Shown piece after piece: positions 14,174 to 26,200 of a stretch of DNA of 64,000 nt. The position numbers were made by a program, and so were the translations under genes. Positions within the stretch are counted from its first letter, which is position 1; each line of letters opens with the position of its first letter. The stretch lies in contig OX638152.1 in NCBI GenBank assembly GCA_951804945.1, forward strand, positions 67,332,001-67,396,000, written 5' to 3'. Under the pieces are notes generated by a model. The model made no database searches. It was not told where the DNA came from and worked only from the letters and a program-made list of their open reading frames with translations. Source of the stretch: Podarcis cretensis. Taxonomy: Eukaryota.

Positions 14174-14242
14174 TCATAAGACAGTGACAGGTCGGAGCTG
14201 CTCCAACTGAGTTTCCAGTGCAGTTCGTTCTTTGTGAACCTC
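14174..14242 (-). CDS. REPS2: REPS2 exon 18, terminal coding part (69 nt incl. TGA)
   Basis: gtctag|GAGGTT...TTATGA; [22 protein letters not shown]. Confidence 0.96.
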   Translation of the reverse strand, partial: EVHKERTALETQLEQLRPVTVL

Positions 14243-17200
14243 CTAGACAATGCAAACAAACAAACAAACAAACAAACAAACAACAATCAGAATATAGCCC
14301 TTAAAGGCCTAAACGCATAAAAACAATATTGTCTTATGATGCAGACTTATAAAGTCCACTTTTGCAATCACTCCATAATTAATATACTTATAGCACTCAC
14401 GCCCAAGTAAACCGATGTTACAACACTACAGACTTTACACTCAATTAGTGGCTTGGGTGCAGCAGTATTGCCTAAATGTCCCACTGACATTCCCCTATGC
14501 CCTGAATGCAGGGCCTGGAATCAGTTTAAATCTGGGTGCTTAAGGAATTAAACACAACAGTGTAATAAAGTACACAAAGCTTCCAGAAGATGGCTTATTT
14601 GAGATGCCACAAACATTAGGCTAGCTCTCGTCAACTGATTTGCCCAACATTATTCCGAACTCTGTTATAATACTAATGACTACAGCCAGCTGTAATGAGT
14701 TCAAGGGGCCACACCTCTACACAAGCAATCTTGGAGCAATGGCTATGAGAGACATCTAGTTAGTCAATCACTTGCCTTATTTTACTAACCACCATTAATT
14801 TGAATCTTTTTTCTTTCAACTCATACAAATATAAAATTCACTGACTGGAATATATTAGGCCAAGCACCTAACTGAGAACATTTTGTCACCACTTGGCAGA
14901 AAAGCCAGAACTATCTTTTCTGTTCCAAGATTACAAAGAAGGTGGAATGGGTGGGGAGGAGAAAGCTGGCTCCAGAGTTCTACAGCAGATTTCTACTCAC
15001 AAATGGGGCAGTCTGGGATACTGGCTTCCCTTTCCCTCTGCAGTCCCCTAAAAATCTGATCTAGATGGTTGAGGGGGAACCCTGGAGCAGCATGGGGCTG
15101 CAGCGGAATGGTGGAGGGATTGGCTAAAATCTGTACTCTAGCTTCTGCTGGATCCAAGCTCCTTCCATTTGTGAAAGGGTGCTTTTGGGTCTAACTCGCA
15201 GCCCCTACAGTTTAGAGTGCAAGTGATCCTGCTGCTCTCATATTTCAAGATGGGAGAGAGGGTATTTGCCTCAGCAAGGTGCACACACTTTGGTTTGCTT
15301 CCTGTATTTAACAGTGTTGTTGTTGTTTAGTCGTTTAGTCGTATCCGACTCTTCGTGACTCCATGGACCAGAGCACGCCAGGCACTCCTGTCTTCCACTG
15401 CCTCCCGCAGTTTGGTCAGACTCATGCTGGTAGCTATTTAACAGTGTAGACAGAGGCATATGACATAGGCTTCAGAGAGCTTCATGGCACGTCTAACCAT
15501 AGAAGTGTGCTCCTTACCTTCAGCTGTTGCTGGAGTTCACTGTTCAACCGAGCTAGGACCACGTTCGCTTCTTTATTTTTACGGATAGCTGTCTGAATAG
15601 CTTTCTTCTGTTTTGAAGACTGCCTGCCAGAGAGTAAAGACAAACCACTTTCAGAAAATGTATCACAGGGCCTTCCTGCTGTTTGGTAAAAAGGGATGCA
15701 TTATGATACTTACACCTGAGACTAATTAAAATCAAAATGAGGTGGGGGGGGAGGAAATGCATTACAAAAGAGAGTTGCTATGCAGAAATAAATATTTATG
15801 AAATCAGGACATTCAATAAGAGATCCTGATCTTGTGGAAATCAGAAATGGAAGGAAGAAATTGTAGAGAATTGTAGAGTTGGAAGGGACCCTGAGGATCA
15901 TCTAGTAAAACCCGCTGCGATGCAAGGATATGCAGCGGTACCATACGGGGATCGAACCCGCAACCTTGACGTTATCAGCACCGTACTGTAACCAACTGGC
16001 TATCCAGGCATTTTAATAGCCCTATCTGTAGGCCAGAATTCATTTACTATGTTAACCTGGCTCAATTTCCTCCTTAAAGCTTATTTCCCTATATACCACT
16101 GAACTAAGATCAGCTCAAATGGAGGGATTTCCAGTCTAACATTGCCAGCTTCATGGACAATTGCCCTCCTACCACATGACCTGACATGGACAATGGCACA
16201 CTTTTATGGATCAACACAGCTGTTCCCTATATATTAAGGGGGAAACTCACCTTAATAGGTCTAAAGACAGCACCTGTGTTTAACTTTCAGTACCGTCAGT
16301 CATAAATGCGTTTTTCTGTTTAGTATAAGGAATGAGAAATATATTTTAAAATGTAAGAAGAGCCCTGTTGGATCAGATCAAAGGTCCATCTGGTCCAGCA
16401 CTCTATCCCCACAGCTGCCAGTTAGATCAAAGAATCTAGTTCAACCTCCTGCAATGCAGGAATCTCAACTAAAGCATCCATGACAGGTGGTCATCCAACC
16501 TCTGCTTAAAAACCTCCAAGGAAGGAGAGCCCACAACCTCCCGAGGGAGTCCGTTCCACCGTTGAACAGCTCTTACTAGAAGCATCTTATTAGATGTTTG
16601 TGGGAAACCTAGAAGCAGGACCCTACTTTTCAAAGTACAATAATCTATTTGAAGTCCTCTGCTACTCGTGCTCACCAGAAATAAATAGCCATCATGACTA
16701 CTGATATCATCTTTGATTTTTAAAAAGCAAGTTTTTTGTTTTTGTTTTACTAGCATATCTACACCTACTAGTATTTCCCTTATGGAAACCTTATTAAGAA
16801 CATTTGAATACTGATATGTTTGCTGCCCCCTTTTATTAGTTAATATTTTCATGGTTTTTTTTCCACCTGAGCGATAGAGGTAGTTTGCATGTTACAAAGC
16901 AGTAGTAAAAGCATAAATAAAACTCATTTGTACTCCCCTGCTTCTTTGCAGCATGCAAGAGACCAAAGTTATGATGTCACAAGGTAAAACAGAATTTCCA
17001 GCATGAGTCTTTAGATTTTGTACATCCATCTGTTCTCCTTTTTTTTAAGTGAATATGTTAGCAATTTTCATCTTGAGAGAAAACCAAGAAACTGGAAACA
17101 TGGGGGAAATATAGGCTAGATAAGCAGAATTGTTCCTGAGAGAAGCCTTTTATGATTTTCTGCAAGGTGTTAGCAGCTCTTAAATGACAACATGATCAAA

Positions 17201-20200
17201 GGCAGATACATTTGTTTTAAAAACAGCACAAAGTCCATGTGAAAAAAGTAGAGTTAGCTTTCCCACTCTCTAAAAAGAGAGGTGACAATTTGATCTTTGG
17301 AAGAGAATCCCAATGATTTTTTCAGAAAGTCTTCCCCGTGCTTCTTCACTGCCCTCCACCACATCCTTCAACACTCTAGCTGAGGAAAACAAAAATATGC
17401 TTATTTGACTGATAAGTAAACTTCAGTCATTTACTGTTCTCAAAATAGGACTAATTTGTTATGCCAGCAGCAAATGCATCTGTTTTGAAAGAGTCAATTA
17501 GGCTCTACAAACAACACTAATACTTTCAGATCACTTAAAAACTCTTAGGAAGAGTTCCAGCCTTCCACATTACTTGCCAGAAATGCATACTTCAGAAGGG
17601 TGTGACTTTATACCACCACTTTTCAGGTACTATATGGGATTAGAAAACTTTTTTAAAAAAATAAAAATTGGCTGCATGGATTCAGTGGCCAGGTAGTTAT
17701 TCCTTCATTGTACTGGTTCCAAAACACATTTCAACAGCCCTCAAAATCATGGAACCAGAACACTAGAACAGGTATCAAAGTTCATCTATTCAGTCTCTTG
17801 CCATACACCAGGATTTTCCGCCTACATCTCTCCATAGATTAACTGTCCTTTTCCAGATTCCCACCCCTGCCCACCCCTAATCCACAGAAGAGTATTTCAG
17901 AAGGCTAGATGTCTTTTTCAGCGAGTCTGCATGCTCTAAGTACTAAGAAAAAACAAGTGAGTTGCATAAGCTGTGTCAGCATCTGGTGGTTGTGAATTGC
18001 CCAAACAAAATTATTTTCAAACTTCACATCTGGAAGACAGTAGAAGGAAGTGCAGCTCACTTGCACTTTTTCCACATTACTTTTTTTTTTTAGAATGCTT
18101 TATATCCCTCCATGTTGCCATAAAGCCCTCTCCCCAATTTCTCATAAAAGTCAGCCTTTTTACTTTGGGATTGTATGGTGGGATTTGATGGCAGGCAAGG
18201 AAGGGGCTACACTTTTCGTGGGGGAAAGTTCCTGGTTCTCTAGCGTCTGGCTTTCAGGCCGGAATTTCCTGCGAATCGGTTTTGATGGTGGTTGAGTAAG
18301 CAACACCTCCTGTGGGGGGAAAAAGAGAGCAAGGATTAAAATAACTATTGATGATTCATTAGGAAAACAACAAAGCCACCAGAATCTCATTAACATTTTT
18401 TTCGGACCCAAACGGTATTGTTTACTTTGGCTCTGTCTATCCTCATTCCCTAGACCAATTTAATTTATCTCTGTTATGGCATCATCTCTTAGGAACTAGT
18501 ATCTTCATACCTGGAGTTCCTCAGGAATTAAAAGAAACCAAAAAATCAGTGCAGCTTGAAAGGTTCCATTCACTATGTTGATTCAAAATGGCATCCAAAC
18601 TGTATCTAAACATACATACAGCTCCTTGGTTTCCGGAACCATCATGCAAAATTTAGCTGCAATTGGTGCAGTTCTGAAAATTTCAGTCTGCCATCTAGAT
18701 TCAAAATGGCAGCTAATTGTAGCCATAATACACACAAACAACAACAACAACCCATCCTGCTTTTTGATCTCAGAAACCAGCATGTAAAATCTGGCTACAA
18801 TATCTTAAAGAGTTGTCCAAACTATAGCAAACAGATAAACAACTTTCCATAATATATGGAAGTTTCCTGGGCAAATCCATTGCTAAGAATAAGAGTTGCC
18901 TAACTTCATAATTATGCTCTTAATTTTTGTTTATTTCAGTAGGACCACCACAATGAAGATTCTTCTGAATCAGTTTATTTTGGACCAAGACAATATTCCA
19001 AATGCAAACTGGAAAATTACATCAGAAGTAGTCACTAAGAGATTTTAAAAAGAGTGGTGGTAGAATGCATGGAAAGGAAAATTTGCATTATGAACCCATA
19101 AATTAACACATTCAATGGAAACATAGTTGATGACATAAAAACCCTAACTTTGTAAGTTGAAATTTAACTACTGTATTTTCTATATCAGTATATAGTGTAA
19201 ACTGATACAGTATTTATGCATTGACAGTATATACAGTAGCCCATGCATTGACAACTAAAACAGACTTAGAGCTGGAAGAGAAGAAAAAAATACACCTTAC
19301 AGTATAACATTGCGTATTTTCAGCTGATCAGGTTTTTATATGGTCAATCTGCATTGGTTGCCAATTTTCTGTATGTACTCCGGGTGCAATTCTCTGCCAC
19401 TTTTGTGGCAACGATACCTCATTTTTCAAGCACTGGATGCACTTATATACCTGAGAGAACATTGTTATTTCTTCAGATAACTCTTACCTATTGCCGTTGC
19501 TACAAGGAAGGTGCCTTGATATTGCTATAGCACCCATAGGATACTACTTGAAATATGAATGGTCTCAGGCTACACATCACTTCCTTTTCCTCTATGCATG
19601 TATTTATGCTGTTGTGTGAATTTATTGCTACCTATCACCCACTTTTCTGAAGCAATCAATAAAGCAAGAACTATGATCCCAGCCGGAATCTTACTTCCTT
19701 CTTTCCTTCTCCTCTTCCAGTCCCTGCCTCTACCTTCACTCAGCACCAACTGTCAGAAAGCTAGTGTTCAGCCAGTTTCCAAAATATGTGGTGGGAAAGT
19801 CTGAATAACTTAGTACTCCAGTTAACCCCCCCTTTCCTTACAGCCCCCTTCCCTTTGTTCTAGTAAACCCCTCCCTTTAGGAAACAGAACCGTAGGAACC
19901 TCAGTCTTCAGCTCTCGTCAGCCCCTCTCTAACCAGTACTGTTCCAACTTGCTTCAGTTTTCATGGGATTCTTCCTGGGATACATTGCTCCAGCCTTACA
20001 GCCTCACTCCCCTATGTCCTTATCCTGACTACCTTTGTCACATTCCATTTCTCTTATCTGTGTTTCAGATTTAGCTAGGAATGTGAAGGAACACACAGCT
20101 GCCTGCTCCCTCTTTTAAGTTGCTCATATTTTTCCATTACTTTGAGAAGAACCCAAGATGCCTCGCTTAAGAAATGCAGAGTGTGGGGTTCAAGGGAACC

Positions 20201-23200
20201 AAAAAAAAGGCTGGCCTCCATTCAGCTTGCACCTTTTGCCTCCTGGGAAATGAAAACAATCCATAGCTTGTTTTCATGGAGGCACTGCGGACCACCACAA
20301 CCATGTTTTCTCCCAAAGAACCATAGTATCCAGTAACCTTCTATGTGCAAAGCATGAACTTTACATATAAAAAGGACTCTATCAGTTTGTCTGTGGTAGG
20401 AAAAATATACAAGTTGCACTCATGTGGTGCCACAATAGATTGCTCCTTGTAGAAAAGTGCTGCTAGTGCTATTTCTTAGTGTCCTGATCTTCAAGAGAAG
20501 TCAGTACGTGGAACTATTTATCACCTTTAAGGGTTTGAAATGAAAAGAGAAAACTATATGCCTTGACCTTACCTTTTTTGCTGGGCTGCCTTCTTCAACT
20601 TGTGATGAGGACCTGTTCATTGGCAAATGCATTTCAATCTGAGATTCTTGTTCCATCTGTAACAATAGACAAGACACTGTAACACCAAAATTGCTAGCAG
20701 CTACCCATCAATCAAAACTAGTTTTCAACACTTGGTCACACTCCAGTGTGACCAACAAAAGACATACGAGCAGGCTTTGATTTTTAGAGGCTGGGAAGCT
20801 GGTTTAGCTGCTGCTGCAGTGATGTCTGTGAATGAACCCCATTCTCCTACAGAAGTTAATGGCTGCCATTCACTCTAATGAGAAAAACAAAAGTGTGCTA
20901 CATTTGTGAGCATTATTACAGTACAAGTGAAATAAAATCTGCTCCCTATCCCTGACACTAGGTGGCCTGCTTTCCACCAACAAGAGATTCAGAGGTGCCT
21001 TGCCCCCAGCCAAGGATCCAGAAAACATACAAGTCCTACCCTCAACTGCAGTATACATAGTCGTACTGCTAACATACAGTATAATGAAAACAGATGCGAT
21101 TCACCTAGCACTGCAGCTACACCACCTCCAGTCCTTTTAATGCTGTAGTCCTTACCTGGCAGCAAGCTCCACTGAACATAATGAGAGTTACATCTGAGTA
21201 AACATGCACCATAAAACAGTTTTCAGAGATCACAGAGTCTGAGGAGCAGCAGTGCTTGGTGAAAACAAACCCAGATTAGGAAATTAGTACAGCAATTTTA
21301 AATATGCGAGAGCATGGCGAAGGATCACATATGTGGTTTCCTCCGCTTAATACAATAAAAAACTTTCTTTACTTCCAGCAACAGTTTAATTTCTGACATG
21401 TGGTCTCCATTGGCTACATGGAAAGCAACGTTATGGAACTGTGCAATGGGACTTATTTCCAACTAATCCAAGAGAGTTTTAGGATTGCAACGCTAACACA
21501 CAACAACAATTATATAATCAAATTATGTAATGAGGAACATTCTAAGGGGGAAAACAATGGTGTCTTATTTATATTAAAACAAATAGCTAGTTTTTAAGAT
21601 CCTGCCCCTGACAAACATTCATCATGTAGCAAATGAAAATAAAGTTAAACTGAAACCAGCTAACCAATTTGATAGTCCTCTTTATGCAAAGACATAGTTT
21701 TAGCGAATCAATGAAGTGGCAGTTTATGAAGCCTGACAGCTTCCTGGAAACGCTTATTGGTGTACATAAGTAATGTAATATCTGCCTGCACTTATTTTAC
21801 ACACACTAAAATTTGGCATTTCTAACTTCTGCAACAATAAATGACCCAACTGCATACAGTGGAACCTCAGCTGTCGAATGTAATCCGTTCCAGAAGACCA
21901 TTCAACTTCTGAAATGTTCAACAATCGAGGCGCAATTGCCAGTCAGCAAATTCATTTGAACAAAGGAAGAAACGCGTCTCAGAAGCCGTTCGACTTCCGA
22001 GGCACGTTCAAAATGGAAGCATTCACTTACAGGTTGTTGGCGTTTGGGTTCCGAATTGTTCGGCTTCCGAAACATTCAACAATCGATGTTCCACTGTATA
22101 TTCAAGTTGCCATGTGAAGGTGCCAACTGGCTACAGTCAACTGTATCTGGCTCTGGACAAGTGCCTAGGTGGGAGGCCTTATTGGAACCCCCCCCCCCAA
22201 ACAATGTACACTACCTTGGGTGCCATGATGGAAGAAATGTGGAATATAAATGTAAGAAAACGTATGAAAGTTAAAAATTAAATAAAACCAGTGACATTGA
22301 CTATATTGTATCTCTGATTATAACACAGTAGTAGCTTGGAAAAGATTGCTGGCAGACAATGGAAGCTTACTCTCCTTTAGCAAGGTATACAAATGCAATT
22401 AAAATATACATCCAGGGCTGAGCCATGGAACTGATAACAGAGGCAAAATTAAACTCCAGCTTTGTCCAACTTTTCTGAAGAACCTGACATTTTCTAAGCA
22501 CCTGGGATGAAAAGTCACTTTGCTTCTGACATTTAATTTGTGTGCCTGTGTATGCATATGCAGAGAGTCATAATCTTTGAGTCAAATCAAAGGATCCAGA
22601 ATTCAGAACGTTGTAGATGCATGAAATGCATAGGCATACCAGGGGATTGGTGAAACTGGACCTTGTCAGGGGCGCAGGCTGCATGCACAAAAATTACCCC
22701 AGAGATGAGGGGCTCATTAGTTAATAAACTAGGTAATAACTTTCCCATGTTTACAAGGTTTTGTACTCTTATATTTGATTTGTTTTATTTCATCTACAGA
22801 AAATCACTGTTTAACCAGTCTAACATCAACGAAAAGAGAGACCGTTTAAAGAGGAGTAGGAATCAATGCGGCTTTTTGCTCCTTCCTTGGGTATGTGGGC
22901 TCCAGCAGATGAAATGGCTCAGTACCAAATTAAGGGGCAGAAGAGATGAAGAAAGCAGCAGAAGCACCAAATCTATAGGCCCAAATTTGGGGAGTGGGTG
23001 GAGGGTGACATTCAGTCCACAGGGAAGGGCAAGCAGCAGCAGCAGCAGCAGCTACTGTGGCTGGTGGAGCTGCAAAGCTGCCTTGCCCCTCCATCGAAAG
23101 AAGCCACCACCAGTGATGAGCAGGCAGGTCAAAGAGGGATGTCAGCTGAGCGCTCCCAAGCAAGGCCTCCCGGAGCATTGTGAGGCTTGGGCTCCCTCCC

Positions 23201-26200
23201 TGTACAATTCAGGGAGCAGCCTCAAACTCTCAGTTATTTTGCCCCTACAGATGACCAGTTTATTGAACATTCATTCTGATTTGCTTGCACAAAGCTCACA
23301 CGTTAGATTACATCCGGCCATTATTGTGCTTTTAGATGACTGTGAGCATTTGCTCTGCATTCTTCCTGATTTGCTTATAGGGTGTTTAGATGGCTTCTCA
23401 TTACTCATTCTTTCATCCCACACTTGTCAATGCATTTCCCTGACACTTTCCAAACTGCAAAGAATCCATATTCTTTTTTTCTTTTTTTTAAGTGGATTGG
23501 TTGTGCTAAAGTGACAGAATCCACTGTTAACTGCCCCTGTTGAGAGTCTGCCTACGTGGCACTATTCCTTCGGTCTTCTCAGTACAACCCTGAGATAAGA
23601 AAATGTCATTTGAAACACAATAAGCCTGCTCTTCTTTTCTGGCGGCCTTTATTTGTCTTGCCCTCTCTGGTGTTCACATCAGCCTCAGCACAGCGTATCT
23701 CTTGTTGGCATCTGTCTGTTTCAGGAGACAATGAAGGAGTGCACCTTTGGGGTTGGAGAGTTACAGCACTTGCTGTGGCTGTAGAGAGTGATACAGGAAA
23801 TACATGTTTTGTTGCAGCTGGGGCAGATGAAGGTGCCTGGATGTGCAGTTTTAGATGCACCATTGCTTTTTTTCTCTCTGTGCTCATGCCAGTGGTCATT
23901 CCTCCTCTGGTCACTGCTGCAGATACACAACCTGACTGTCTCCAGGTACTGCAGTCTTCTGCAAGGGATTCCCACATGGCGGGGTTGATATTACCAGCCT
24001 GCATGTCTCATTTGCAGGGCGTCAACTGTCTATGTACAAACATGATCAGTATATCTAAATCTCCAGAGGCATACCTAGAGTCCCTTGTACCAGCAACGCA
24101 CCGCTGCTATTGCAGCAAGATCAAACACAGGAGAAGTGATGGGGGTGGCACCGATATAACTCCTTGCCAAGGCCACCAGGGACCTGAGGTACACCTCTGA
24201 TGAAATCTAGATAAATCTAGATTCAGTGGGCACCCTCTGTGCCAGCTTTTAAATGCCTGCTGAAAACTTCTCTATTCTGCCAGGAGACAGTTAGGAGTAT
24301 ATTCCCCACAATGGTCTACTGATGTTTGTTTTTTAATTCATTTTTGCTTTTTACTTGTTTTTTACTTTTTGTGATTTTATTGGTTTTATGTTTTTAAATT
24401 GCTGTAAACTGCTAATATATTTTTATGATACGGCAGTTTATAAATACTTTTATACATCATAAATAGATGAATGAAATCCACACAACCTGTCATTATATTC
24501 CTGGCTGCCCAAGTGCTGTATTCATTAGAACCATGATAAACTTCTTCCCCACATAAGAAGAACCCTACTGTATCGGACCAAAGGCTGATCAAGTCCTACA
24601 GCCTGTTCCCCAGTGGCCAACCAGGTGTTTCTGGAAAGTCCACAAGATAACATGAAAGCAATTAGCAATTTCCTGATGTTTTCTCCCCAGAACTGGCATT
24701 CAGAAGCATACTGCCTTAGTTACTAGAAGATGCATATATAACCTTCATGATGGGTAGACATCAATAGCCTCATCCTCTGCTGGCTTGTCTAATTTCCTTC
24801 CAAACACATATAAACTGGTGGCTGGTCACCATATCTTGGCAGCAAATCCCATAATTTAACTATGTGCCATGTGAATAAGTACCTCATAGAGACTGTCTTC
24901 ACATCAGAAAAAGTATTGTGTGACATGGTCCCAATTTTGTAATATATTAGGAAAAGAGAAAAGTCAACAGTGCGGATGCTAAATATATCTGTAGCTCTAG
25001 ATCACAGAATTATATAAAACCATTGTTTGTTCCACATTAAAGTTGGACAATAAGATGGTTCTGACAGAGATCGTGATGATTTAAGAACAGGATTAAGATA
25101 CGTCCACCCATTTCACAATCTGTTAAAGGAACATAGTGTCTAAGTTTCCCTTCTACTTTTTCTTTTTGGCTGCTGCTACATATACAGATATGCTACTACT
25201 ACTGTGAGCTTCCTGTACTCCCAACTGCATTATTTGCCAAACAAGGATAAAATATATTTTCTCTGGGAAGCTTCAACAAGAGCAGGAAGCCAGCTATGCA
25301 TTCTGCTGTGTGTGTTGTGTGTAAATTCCCAAACTGTAATGGGTGCTAAAGTCCTATTACATGTGGACTATCAAGATCAGATGCAGAGAATGAGTGCACC
25401 AGCTCCATTAAAAAAAGCATCATGCCGACATGCCCCGTATGCATCTGATTAGAGAGAAACAAAGCAGTATGTAACAGCTCTGCACCAACATTGTACAGGC
25501 ACCACAGCTGTATTCCTTCATGATACAGAACATGTGAGTCAGCTGTTCATTCAGTGATGAATCCATTGTGCAGTGTAAACTGAATGCATAATCGGCACGT
25601 TGTGGTTATGTAGTAGTGCAGATACATCCTCAGGGCAGCTCAACACTGTACATTTAAAGCATATTCAATGCACAGTTAAAGCACAAATAAATCTGGGAAG
25701 TGTAGTCTGTTAAGGATGCTAGAAATTATATCTCTGTGAAGGGGAAACTACAGGCTCCAGGATTCTTTGGGGGAAGTTGTGTGCTTTAAATCCATTAACA
25801 TACCTTAAATGTCTAGTGCAGGGGTCGGCAACCTTTTTCAGCTGTGGGCCAGTCCACTGTCCCTCAGACCTTGTGGGGGGCTGGACTATATTTTTTTTTG
25901 GGGGGGGATGAACAAATTCCTATTCCCCACAAATAACCCAGAGATGCATTTTAAATAAAAGGACACATTCTACTCATGTAAAAACACGCTGATTCCCGGA
26001 CCGTCCACAGGCCAGATTGAGAAGGCGACTGGGCCGCATCCGGCTCCTGGGCCTTAGGTTTCCTAACCCTGGCCTAGTGTGAATCTGCCCAAAGATAAAT
26101 CATGGTACACGTAAAATATGAAAGGATGGCATTCAATTACTACATCCTGTCAGCATAAGGATTTCCACTTCTGCAATGGGACCCACCCCCCGTGTGTGCC

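Noticed and set aside
15938-16009. tRNA-Ile-like and (43238-43300) tRNA-Lys-like sequences as tRNA genes
   Set aside because: Mutated or deleted stems/loops and fused to CR1 tails; these are SINE heads, not functional tRNAs.
16251-16260. 10-nt AG..GTGAGT microexon candidate
   Set aside because: Frame-shifting, short pyrimidine tract, no partner; likely chance.
22663-23514. Longest ORF in the track (283 aa, + strand)
   Set aside because: TTG start, antisense inside a REPS2 intron, crosses a (CAG)n tract and repeat-like sequence, no recognisable domain or splice logic.
23556-24200. 214-aa + strand ORF
   Set aside because: It is the antisense frame of the RTE LINE fragment plus L2 sequence; GTG start.
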